This document shows, in pieces, positions 9,295 through 18,633 of a stretch of DNA of 53,385 nucleotides (position 1 is its first letter; each line of letters starts with the position of its first letter). Below the pieces are notes generated by a model. It was not told the origin of the DNA. It saw only the letters and a list, made by a program, of their open reading frames with translations, and searched no databases. The stretch is from Minisyncoccota bacterium (GTDB lineage: Bacteria > Patescibacteriota > Minisyncoccia > Phycocordibacterales > JACZSL01). The stretch is from positions 1-53,385 of the forward strand of contig JANQMM010000063.1 of the NCBI GenBank assembly GCA_028280145.1, read 5' to 3'. The translations under genes were made by a program, and so were the position numbers.

Positions 9295-9322
9295 TTGCAA
9301 GCAGGGTTGTTATCAGTATACT
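9295..9322 (+). promoter_or_regulatory. Putative sigma70-type promoter of groES-groEL
   Basis: TTGCAA (9295-9300), 16-nt spacer, TATACT (9317-9322), about 45 nt before the groES ATG. Confidence 0.35.
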
Positions 9323-9368
9323 TATGATACTTAATCTATTATTAACAGTAGTTATCTAGATTTACGCT

Positions 9369-9686
9369 ATGGCGAAAAAAGACACAAACAGTCTTGGCAT
9401 CACTCCTCTTGCTGACAGAGTGGTTGTTGAGGCATTAACTGATGATGGCAAAGAAAAGAAATCTGCTGCCGGTATCATTATTCCTGTTGCAGAAAAGGAA
9501 GACCGTGTTGATCGCGGCAAGGTAGTAGCGGTTGGCGAAGGGCGAGTAGATAAGGACGGCAACCTTGTTCCAATGAAGGTAAAGGTAGGCAACAAAGTAC
9601 TCTTTCAGTGGGGCGATAAGGTGACCATAAATGAAAAAGAATATTTTATTGTGAACGAATCAAGCATCCTTGCGATCACAAAGTGA
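9369..9686 (+). CDS. groES: Co-chaperonin GroES
   Basis: 105 aa; ITPLADRVVVE...GKVVAVGEGR...VLFQWGD is a classic Cpn10 sequence. Confidence 0.95.
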   Translation: MAKKDTNSLGITPLADRVVVEALTDDGKEKKSAAGIIIPVAEKEDRVDRGKVVAVGEGRVDKDGNLVPMKVKVGNKVLFQWGDKVTINEKEYFIVNESSILAITK

Positions 9687-9705
9687 TCCGACCAATTACT
9701 AATAA

Positions 9706-11391
<1,686 letters not shown>

Positions 11392-11514
11392 TCCGTTCGT
11401 GCCATTCTCTTGAAATACACACATGATTTTCTGCGGAAAATCTGCTCTGCTTAGCACATTACGATGTGTCTCCGTAAGGTATTTCAAAAGAAGATACTCA
11501 CTTTTATTGTTAGG

Positions 11515-11538
11515 AAACCCGCCTTGGGCGGGTTTTTT
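11515..11538 (+). terminator. Rho-independent terminator after groEL
   Basis: CCCGCC-TTG-GGCGGG followed by TTTTTT. Confidence 0.8.
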
Positions 11539-11564
11539 GGTGTGACGCAATACCATGTCCATAC

Positions 11565-11593
11565 TTGACAAAAATATATATTAATGCTATGAT
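11565..11593 (+). promoter_or_regulatory. Consensus-like promoter of the GC-rich orphan ORF
   Basis: TTGACA (11565-11570), 17-nt spacer, TATGAT (11588-11593). An SD, AAGGGG (11643-11648), lies 7 nt before the ATG at 11656. Confidence 0.55.
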
Positions 11594-11655
11594 TGGTGTA
11601 GAAATAGCTTGATCCACAATCACCACCGATACCACCATAGAGAAGGGGTAAGAAG

Positions 11656-12033
11656 ATGAGCAAGAAAAGCCGTAAGAAAGCACCGTTTCCGTTCAAACTG
11701 TCCGGGCGGGATATCGCATCGGCCAACGCTGCTGTCGATATCCTGAAGAGGTCGGCCTACTGGAACCCGGAGATGCACACCATGGCGCACCGTGTCGTCG
11801 ACGACCTCGGCGAGGAACGGGCGGCGAACATCTTTCTCACGGAGATGGGCGGCCGCAAGATCTCTCCGTCACTCATGGGGCGTTTCAAAAGGGCCGGGGT
11901 GAACACCGATCTGCTGAGCGCCAAAGGTCTGGGAACTCCCGATCTGCGACGGGCGGCACTCACAAGGTGTGGCGGCATCCAAGTGCCCAAAGGCATGATC
12001 CACGGGTTCGGGTGCTCCGGAAAGGCAGCCTAA
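11656..12033 (+). CDS. GC-rich orphan hypothetical protein (125 aa)
   Basis: Complete ORF with promoter, SD and terminator. Hand-counted GC is 37/60, 40/60 and 37/60 for 11701-11880. No family recognised. Confidence 0.6.
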   Translation: MSKKSRKKAPFPFKLSGRDIASANAAVDILKRSAYWNPEMHTMAHRVVDDLGEERAANIFLTEMGGRKISPSLMGRFKRAGVNTDLLSAKGLGTPDLRRAALTRCGGIQVPKGMIHGFGCSGKAA

Positions 12034-12058
12034 CGGTGCCTGAGTGGAAACGGGAAGG

Positions 12059-12084
12059 GGGGGCGCGTTTGCGCCCCCTGTTTT
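12059..12084 (+). terminator. Rho-independent terminator after the GC-rich ORF
   Basis: GGGGGCGC-GTTT-GCGCCCCC followed by TGTTTTG. Confidence 0.8.
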
Positions 12085-12114
12085 GTATATAAAAGGAGAC
12101 GGAAACGTAGTATA

Positions 12115-12699
12115 ATGATGGAACTACAAGATAACTTGTCTTATATGGAACTCATTATTTTAGGAATTGTCATTGTCATTGCTCTTTGGGTGGTGGCGAT
12201 ATACAACAAATTTATAAAACTGGTAAACCGTACGAAAGAGGCCTGGGCTGATATTGACGTACAGCTGAAGCGTCGCTACGACCTTATCCCGAATCTTGTA
12301 AACACTGTGAAGGGATATGCCAAGCACGAAAAAGAGACGCTCAGCAAGGTGACAGAAATGCGTGCAGCCGCAATCAACGCTGAAGGGCCGGGTGCAAAAG
12401 GCCAAGCCGAGAACATGCTCACTGACGCGCTCAAAAGTCTTTTTGCCGTTTCGGAGAACTATCCGGACCTTAAGGCAAACGAGAACTTTCTCGAACTGCA
12501 ACGTGAACTCACGGACACAGAGAACAAGGTACAGGCAGCAAGGCGTTTTTACAACGGCAACGTACGAGACCTTAATATCGCACTTGAGACATTCCCACAA
12601 AATATTGTTGGTGGTATGTTCAAATTTGAAAAACGCGAATTCTTCGAACTGGATGAGGAGGATGCAGATGCTCGCGACCCGGTCGAAGTGAACTTGTAA
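12115..12699 (+). CDS. lemA: LemA family membrane protein
   Basis: N-terminal TM, then YNKFIKLVNRTKEAWADIDVQLKRRYDLIPNLVNTVKGYAKHEKETL, the LemA signature region. Confidence 0.85.
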   Translation: MMELQDNLSYMELIILGIVIVIALWVVAIYNKFIKLVNRTKEAWADIDVQLKRRYDLIPNLVNTVKGYAKHEKETLSKVTEMRAAAINAEGPGAKGQAENMLTDALKSLFAVSENYPDLKANENFLELQRELTDTENKVQAARRFYNGNVRDLNIALETFPQNIVGGMFKFEKREFFELDEEDADARDPVEVNL

Positions 12700-12708
12700 T
12701 CCATACAC

Positions 12709-14406
12709 ATGAGAGGGAACACGCACAACTTGTCACTTGCGACGCTTTTGTGTGCGCTGTTTCTTTTTCCTTTTCTTTTGTTTGCCGAGGAGAGCATTTC
12801 ACTCTATGAGGTGGACATTGATATTCATGAGGACTCGTCAATAACAGTGCTTGAGACAATTCATTATGATTTTGGAGAAAGTAGCAGGCGCGGCATTTAT
12901 CGGACCATTCCGACACGTTACGAGACACCTTGGGGAAAGCGAGGTGTTGATGTTGCGATCACATCGGTGACACGAAACGGGTACCCGGAAGAATTTAGGG
13001 ACACCAAAAGAGGAAGTGAGCGGGAAATTCGAATTGGTAACCCGGATGTGTATATTGAAGGCGCACACGTCTATCGTGTTACCTACAAAGTAGAGGGCGC
13101 ACTGAACAGATTTGAAGGGTTTGACGAGTTATACTGGAACGCTATTGGGGACGGGTGGAATGTCTTGATCGAAAACGCTGTTGTGACCGTTGATGCTCCG
13201 GTAAGCGTTTTGGAAGCGGCTTGTTACGAGGGGGTACTTGGCTCAACACAGCCGTGTAGAGACCTCTATGTGGACAGGGATGTAGTGGTCGCAAGGGCGA
13301 TTGAGCTACAACAAGGTAGCGGACTGACCGTTGCAGTTGCCTTGCCAAGCGGAGTACTTACATTTCCCGGAGCTATTGAAAATGTGTGGCGGTTTGTAAA
13401 GCATAACGCAGTGTTGTTTCTGCCGATTTTAGTATTCATATTTATGTTCTTTCTGTGGCGCAAACACGGTAAGGACGCGAAAGGCAGTGGTACGGTCATC
13501 GCGCATTACGAACCGCCAGGCGGCATGTCACCGCTTCTTATGGGAGCACTTGTTGATGGCGGTCTCAATAATGAGGATATCACTGCCGGTATTCTCTATT
13601 TGGCACAACAGGGTTACATCACCATCGAGCGAACGGAGAAAAAAAGATTTCTGGGAAGCAAGGTCGATTATATTTTGACGTGGGTCGGTGATTACGGCGA
13701 GCTTAATCAAAAAGAACAACTGACCGCAGAACTTCTGTTCGGGATCAATGTACATAAAGGACAATCAGTTGCCTTTTCCAAACTTCAAAAGGATAGAACT
13801 GTTGCAATGAGGAGAAGGGCGCTTGCAGAGCACATCGATGCTGACCTAAAGGCGCAGGGGTATTTTGCAAACAAACCTCGGGCGACCACGATGACGTGGG
13901 TGCTTATTCCGGCCGTTCTTATTTTCTTCTCCGTGTTCTTGTTTGAGTTGCTTAATGTTGCATCCATCATTGCCATCATACTTTCCGGCCTCATTGTTCT
14001 TGCATTTGGCGTGCTCATGCCAAAACTTACAAAAAAGGGTGCACTTGCTCGAGAACACATTCTCGGGTTCAAGGATTTTCTGCGAGTTACGGAAAAAGAG
14101 CGCATAGCATTTCACAATGCCCCCGAGCGAACACCTCACGAATTCATGGAATTTTTGCCGTTTGCCGTAGCTTTGGGAATTGAAAAGAAGTGGGCCGAGC
14201 AATTCAAAAATATCGAAATGGATGATCCGTCCTGGTATCGGGGTGGCTCGTTCAAACGTTTCAATGCTGTTGCTTTTGCCGGTGATATCGATAGCTTCAA
14301 GACCTCTATGTCTGCGGGAGTGAGTGCGGCACAAGGCGGTTCAGGCTCTTCCGGTGGAGGATTCTCCGGCGGCGGTATGGGCGGCGGCGGTGGAGGTTCA
14401 TGGTAG
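12709..14406 (+). CDS. DUF2207-like membrane protein with a Gly-rich C-terminal tail
   Basis: Signal/TM, extracellular domain, three central TM helices and the tail GGSGSSGGGFSGGGMGGGGGGSW. Sits directly after lemA, the usual pairing for this family. Confidence 0.7.
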   Translation: MRGNTHNLSLATLLCALFLFPFLLFAEESISLYEVDIDIHEDSSITVLETIHYDFGESSRRGIYRTIPTRYETPWGKRGVDVAITSVTRNGYPEEFRDTKRGSEREIRIGNPDVYIEGAHVYRVTYKVEGALNRFEGFDELYWNAIGDGWNVLIENAVVTVDAPVSVLEAACYEGVLGSTQPCRDLYVDRDVVVARAIELQQGSGLTVAVALPSGVLTFPGAIENVWRFVKHNAVLFLPILVFIFMFFLWRKHGKDAKGSGTVIAHYEPPGGMSPLLMGALVDGGLNNEDITAGILYLAQQGYITIERTEKKRFLGSKVDYILTWVGDYGELNQKEQLTAELLFGINVHKGQSVAFSKLQKDRTVAMRRRALAEHIDADLKAQGYFANKPRATTMTWVLIPAVLIFFSVFLFELLNVASIIAIILSGLIVLAFGVLMPKLTKKGALAREHILGFKDFLRVTEKERIAFHNAPERTPHEFMEFLPFAVALGIEKKWAEQFKNIEMDDPSWYRGGSFKRFNAVAFAGDIDSFKTSMSAGVSAAQGGSGSSGGGFSGGGMGGGGGGSW

Positions 14407-14420
14407 CACCTAGCGCTTAG

Positions 14421-14449
14421 TTGCCCGGCGCTCGGTGTTTAGGTAGAAT
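14421..14449 (+). promoter_or_regulatory. Putative htpX promoter
   Basis: TTGCCC (14421-14426), 17-nt spacer, TAGAAT (14444-14449). Leaves a structured leader of about 58 nt. Confidence 0.4.
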
Positions 14450-14513
14450 GAGGCACATCTGAAACTAATTAACGCACTAGGAGCTAAGTGCTAACGACTA
14501 AGCGCTAACCATC

Positions 14514-15410
14514 ATGGCAACCATCTACACACATCAAGATCGCAATATCCGAAAGACATGGCTTCTCATGTTCTTCTTTCTGGTAGCGGTTATTGCTATC
14601 GGGTGGGGATTCAGTTGGTACTTCAATAACCCGTTCATTCTCTACATTGCGACATTCTTTGCGATCGCCACCAATATATACAGCTACTGGAACTCGGATA
14701 AGCTTGTCGTGCGCATGACGGGAGCAAAACCCATCACTCGCGAAAGCCACCCTGATCTGTGGAACACTGTTGAGAATCTTTCCATAACAGCGGGTCTTCC
14801 CATGCCGAAGGTGCATGTTGTGGATGATCCTGCACCTAATGCGTTTGCAACAGGGCGCGATCCCGAACATGCAGTTGTTGCCGCAACGACAGGACTGCTT
14901 TCCATTCTGGATAAAACAGAACTTGAAGGGGTCATCGCTCACGAACTCGCCCACGTAGGTAATCGTGATATGCTTGTTTCAACTGTTGCAGTCGTGCTTG
15001 TAGGATTCATTGCCATTCTTGCGGACTTCTTCCTTCGTATGACATTTTGGGGAGGAGGAAGACGGGGCAATAACGGCGGGGGCGCACTTTTCTTGATCGT
15101 TGGCATCATTGCGGCAATCTTGCTTCCTATAGCGGCCCGCCTTATTCATTTGGCAGTGTCTCGCAAACGCGAATTTCTTGCCGATGCCTCAGGAGCGCTT
15201 CTGACCCGTTATCCGGAGGGGCTTGCAAGCGCGCTTGAGAAGATCTCACAACATTCGCGACCGATGCAACGTCAATCACACGCAACCGCCCATCTCTTCA
15301 TCGCAAATCCGTTTGGGAAGGGTGGTGAAGCGCGAAAGTTCATGAATAAGCTCTTCTCGTCACATCCGCCGGTTGAAGAGCGACTCAAGGCTCTTCGTGG
15401 ACACAGTTAA
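14514..15410 (+). CDS. htpX: Zinc metalloprotease HtpX (M48)
   Basis: Four TM segments; HELAHVGNRD (HExxH); C-terminal SHPPVEERL. Confidence 0.9.
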   Translation: MATIYTHQDRNIRKTWLLMFFFLVAVIAIGWGFSWYFNNPFILYIATFFAIATNIYSYWNSDKLVVRMTGAKPITRESHPDLWNTVENLSITAGLPMPKVHVVDDPAPNAFATGRDPEHAVVAATTGLLSILDKTELEGVIAHELAHVGNRDMLVSTVAVVLVGFIAILADFFLRMTFWGGGRRGNNGGGALFLIVGIIAAILLPIAARLIHLAVSRKREFLADASGALLTRYPEGLASALEKISQHSRPMQRQSHATAHLFIANPFGKGGEARKFMNKLFSSHPPVEERLKALRGHS

Positions 15411-15433
15411 GTTCAATAAGAAATACACAATCA

Positions 15434-15518
15434 GGAGGCGTCGCATAGTGGTCTAGTGCGCTCGCTTGGAAAGCGAGTAGGGGGCAACTCCTCGCGAGTT
15501 CGAATCTCGCCGTCTCCG
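15434..15518 (+). tRNA. tRNA-Ser (anticodon GGA)
   Basis: Acceptor GGAGGCG/CGTCTCC (one G-U pair), 3-bp D stem, anticodon arm CTCGC-TTGGAAA-GCGAG, long variable arm, T arm GCGAG-TTCGAAT-CTCGC. CCA is not encoded. Confidence 0.9.
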
Positions 15519-15549
15519 CATCTAACAGCTAGCTGTTTAAACTTAAGGT

Positions 15550-15574
15550 CTTCGAGCGTTCGAAGGTCTTTTGC
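15550..15574 (+). terminator. Hairpin after tRNA-Ser
   Basis: CTTCGA-GCGT-TCGAAG followed by GTCTTTTGC. Confidence 0.5.
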
Positions 15575-15697
15575 TTTACAAATCAGTTTTTTGCGATACA
15601 GTCCATAGATAAGGGCAATGTGTCACAATTCTCAAGGAGTTAAGCAGAGAAATCTCCACATAACAAGCCCTACAATTATTAATCTCATATAAAAAAT

Positions 15698-16201
15698 ATG
15701 AATAAAGATAAACTTTCAGAGACGGAGTCAAAACTTGTGACCCTCAACTCTATCATTTCAAAACTTGAACCAGAGATAAGATTGGCAGCTTTTGAAATTT
15801 TGAAGTATCAGTTGTTTGATGGGGAACACGAATATCCAGCAAAAGAAAGAGGAAGTGCAAATAAAGAAGTCGAGAGTTTGTCAGAAGGAGCCAGGGGGAG
15901 TGTGCGAGATTTTTTTGCTTCTTTCGATCCAGAGAAACCTGCGGATTCGACTTTGGTGTTGGCTTCCTGGTTCTATACACAAAGGGGTTCTTCTGCCTTC
16001 TCATTAGATGAATTATATGGACTGTTTGATGAAGTTGGTACACCACGTCCTGATAAAACAAACATGACACTTAGACAATGCTCTAGAGGTGGAAAAAAAC
16101 TCTTCAAGCAAGCAGGACATGGAAAGTATCGTCCCACAGTATACGGCGAAAACTATTTCAAACAAGAAATGAACCTTCGTCCAGGTAAAAAGACTGACTA
16201 A
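15698..16201 (+). CDS. Hypothetical protein with a C-terminal winged-helix-like module (islet ORF1, 167 aa)
   Basis: Low-GC ORF with an acidic middle region. The C-terminal segment LVLASWFYTQRGSSAFSLDELYGLF...GKYRPTVYGENYF is wHTH-like by pattern. No family recognised. Confidence 0.55.
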   Translation: MNKDKLSETESKLVTLNSIISKLEPEIRLAAFEILKYQLFDGEHEYPAKERGSANKEVESLSEGARGSVRDFFASFDPEKPADSTLVLASWFYTQRGSSAFSLDELYGLFDEVGTPRPDKTNMTLRQCSRGGKKLFKQAGHGKYRPTVYGENYFKQEMNLRPGKKTD

Positions 16202-16205
16202 ACTT

Positions 16206-16946
16206 ATGATGTTTGTTGAGTTCATTGCTCCTGCAAAGAACGAATCACATTCCATTAAGTGTTTGTGTGCTCTTTACTATTTGAAGCACTCTCTTAAAAT
16301 TGATGTTGCGTCCGTTGATCAAGTAAAGAACTTGCTAGTTCAAGGTAGAATTTTTAAGAAAGGGAGTAAAATTAACTACCCGCAAGCCCTTGATAGGCTT
16401 GGAGAAAAAGTCGATACTCCAGCAAAAGGATTGTGGCAAATTACCCCAACTGGAGAAAAGTCTATAAAAGAACTGCTTGGATTACCTGAGGGGGACATTG
16501 AAACACAAAATGATACAGAGTACCTTGAAAAACTTATTGCAACAAAAATCAAGGATCCCCAATCCGAGGATTATTTTTCAGAAGGCGCAGACTGTTTAAA
16601 AATCGGGAGACTTAGGGCGTGCGTTGTTTTTCTCTGGTCTGGGGCGATCCATGAAGTTCGAGAGAAAATTATAAAAAAATACTCAACCAAAAAGATTAAT
16701 ACTGCCATTAACAAGCATGATAAAAAAGCAAGGAAAATAAACACCGTTGATGATTTTGCATACATAAAAGATTCGATTTTATTACTAGCGTCCAAGGAGC
16801 TCGGGTTGTTTGATAAAAATGAATATTCTACCCTAGCAAATCTATGCTTAGATCTCAGAAATAAATGTGGGCACCCAAGTAAATATAGCCCCGGTCCTAA
16901 AAGAGTTTCAGCTTTTATAGAAGACTTGGTTAAAATTATTTACTAA
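16206..16946 (+). CDS. Hypothetical wHTH plus HEPN-like protein (islet ORF2, 246 aa)
   Basis: Starts 4 nt after the ORF1 stop. The N-terminal wHTH-like module ends in GLWQITPTGEKSI. The C-terminal helical domain carries LRNKCGHP (Rx4H, nt 16857-16874) about 25 aa from the end. Confidence 0.55.
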   Translation: MMFVEFIAPAKNESHSIKCLCALYYLKHSLKIDVASVDQVKNLLVQGRIFKKGSKINYPQALDRLGEKVDTPAKGLWQITPTGEKSIKELLGLPEGDIETQNDTEYLEKLIATKIKDPQSEDYFSEGADCLKIGRLRACVVFLWSGAIHEVREKIIKKYSTKKINTAINKHDKKARKINTVDDFAYIKDSILLLASKELGLFDKNEYSTLANLCLDLRNKCGHPSKYSPGPKRVSAFIEDLVKIIY

Positions 16947-17135
16947 AAGCGCCCGAGACACCTCTTCTCCAACTCACTAAAACTACTCAAAAAAGCTGAG
17001 CAGGGCTTAACCACCCACGCCTACCTGCCCGTAAGGCAGGGTTCAAGTTCAAGAAAGCCTCCAAGCAACGACGAGATATAAAAGTACTTTCTTGGTGCTT
17101 TTTTGAAAGATTCTCTCATGTATAATTTACTTTGT

Positions 17136-17579
17136 ATGCAGAGAGCAAAATATACAGAAAGTGCTGGTGGTGTTGTGGTCAATAACGAGACAGGTGACGT
17201 GTTGATCGTGGCACACCCGAACAAGGTATGGGCTTTCCCAAAAGGACATATTGAACCGAGCGAAGACCCGCTTATAGCCGCAAAGAGGGAGATTTTTGAG
17301 GAATCAGGCATTACTGAAGTACAGTTGATCTGTGAGCTTGGCAAATACAAGCGGTTTCGCATCGGCAAGTACAGTAAAGATGATGAAAGCGAGATAAAGA
17401 CAATTCGCATGTATCTTTTCACGACTGACCAGCAACGCACCGACCCTCGCGACCCAAGACACCCTGAGGCAAAATGGGTTCATCGAAATAACGTTGCAAA
17501 AGAGTTGACGCACGAGAAAGACCAGGCATTTTTCTTAAGCATCATCAATCAGCTCCCCCCAGTTCCGGAGAAGACATGA
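17136..17579 (+). CDS. NUDIX hydrolase
   Basis: Nudix box GHIEPSEDPLIAAKREIFEESGI. The track ORF starts at a TTG at 17103. ATG 17136 follows TATAAT (17121-17126). Confidence 0.8.
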   Translation: MQRAKYTESAGGVVVNNETGDVLIVAHPNKVWAFPKGHIEPSEDPLIAAKREIFEESGITEVQLICELGKYKRFRIGKYSKDDESEIKTIRMYLFTTDQQRTDPRDPRHPEAKWVHRNNVAKELTHEKDQAFFLSIINQLPPVPEKT

Positions 17580-18049
17580 TTCGCAAAGCGACAATAGTAC
17601 ATATCACACTTCTTGTTATTGCAGGGGCGCTCGCCTTGGTCGTTTTTCTTTTTAACCTATTTTCCGATGAGCCTGTTGCAACAAACGACATCAGGGCTAT
17701 TTCGATAGGAGATGCGACCTACGACTTGCTGATAGCGGATACTCTAAGCCTTCGGCAACAAGGTCTTTCGGGGAGACCGTCACTTGGTGAGAGTGAAGGC
17801 ATGCTCTTTGTGTTTGACAACAGCGCCGTGCAACATTTTTGGATGAAGGATATGTTGTTTTCGATCGATATCATTTGGATTAATGAAAATAGAAAGATCG
17901 TTGGTTTTGTCGAAAACGCATCACCCGAGTCTTATCCGGAATCGTTTTCTTCAGAAGTACCAGTCCAATACGTATTGGAGGTAAATGTCGGTGAGGTGCA
18001 AAAGAATGGCATAACAGTAGGGGATAGTGTTACGTTTGTGCATCACTAA
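17576..18049 (+). CDS. DUF192 domain protein
   Basis: N-terminal TM, then GLSGRPSLGESEGMLFVF...FWMKDMLFSIDIIWINENRKIVG, typical of DUF192/COG1430. ATGA overlap with the Nudix stop. Confidence 0.7.
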   Translation: MIRKATIVHITLLVIAGALALVVFLFNLFSDEPVATNDIRAISIGDATYDLLIADTLSLRQQGLSGRPSLGESEGMLFVFDNSAVQHFWMKDMLFSIDIIWINENRKIVGFVENASPESYPESFSSEVPVQYVLEVNVGEVQKNGITVGDSVTFVHH

Positions 18050-18093
18050 AAGAGAGTTTGTCAATTAGTTTATTCCGTTGTATAATGTCACTC

Positions 18094-18478
18094 AATCCTG
18101 TATCGGATAGTCGCGCATGGAAGAGGAATCGACCATAGTGAGGAAAGTCCGGACACGTCCCGTTATTTATTGACGAGGAGGACGGTAGCAGGTAACGCCT
18201 GTCGTCCGGCACCATTGGTGTCGGATAGGGATGCGAGCAGAGACGCCCGAATTGAGAAAGGAGGGCACCCGGAATATCCATTGCGGGTGAGCTTTCATGG
18301 AGACATGAAAGGTGAAACGGCAAAATTCCTACCTACGTGCAAGGTCGTACTACATTTCAACAAGTAATGTAGAGTGCCGCAAAGATCCGTTAGGCAACTA
18401 ACGTGACAAGATAAATGGCTATCGTCTGGCGCATGAAAGTGCGTCCAGATACAGAATCCGGCTTATAGATACAGGAGA
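18094..18478 (+). ncRNA. rnpB: RNase P RNA (bacterial type)
   Basis: GAGGAAAGTCCGGAC (CR-I) at about 18139 and ACAGAATCCGGCTTATAG (CR-V) at about 18450. P1 pairs CCTGTATC (18097-18104) with GATACAGG (18468-18475). TATAAT lies at 18081-18086. Ends are approximate. Confidence 0.85.
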
Positions 18479-18489
18479 TACCATATGAC

Positions 18490-18514
18490 AAAACCCCGCC
18501 TCAGCGGGGTTTTG
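18490..18514 (+). terminator. Rho-independent terminator after rnpB
   Basis: CCCCGC-CTCA-GCGGGG followed by TTTTG. Confidence 0.8.
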
Positions 18515-18633
18515 TCGTTTCGGTTTTTTGCCACATAAATAGCTTTTTAGCTAGGTTGAGGCACCAAAATCCATTTACTATAATGTATGGACGTATATAG
18601 ATTATTACTAAACACTATTTTTACATTACACAT

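Noticed and set aside
9264-9368. Canonical CIRCE (TTAGCACTC-N9-GAGTGCTAA) upstream of groES/groEL.
   Set aside because: I read both the groES upstream region and the groES-groEL spacer and found no match. Only the htpX leader has a degenerate version.
9684-9686. Alternative genetic code (UGA recoded, as in some CPR lineages).
   Set aside because: TGA ends groES at its normal length. TGA also ends the Nudix gene (17577-17579) and the 99-aa ORF (3174-3176). No conserved gene needs read-through of an in-frame TGA.
12111-12116. TATAAT overlapping the lemA start codon, and similar TAGAAT hexamers abutting the starts at 982 and 21258, as promoters.
   Set aside because: They are too close to, or overlapping, the ATG to serve as -10 elements for those genes. 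They are probably AT-rich coincidence.
12115-15410. LemA-DUF2207-HtpX as a novel system.
   Set aside because: The LemA/DUF2207 pairing and its association with membrane proteases is a commonly seen conserved neighbourhood. Nothing unusual was seen beyond the htpX leader, which is reported separately.
16947-17100. The hairpin CCTGCC-CGTAA-GGCAGG followed by GTTCAAGTTC as a possible tRNA-derived att repeat marking the right end of the islet.
   Set aside because: It does not match the 3' end of tRNA-Ser(GGA) (GCGAGTTCGAATCTCGCCGTCTCCG). At best it is a weak terminator for islet ORF2.
18030-18367. Track ORFs 18030..18323 (-) and 18170..18367 (+).
   Set aside because: They lie entirely within the RNase P RNA gene, which has CR-I/CR-V motifs and P1 pairing. 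The GC-rich structured RNA explains the open frames.
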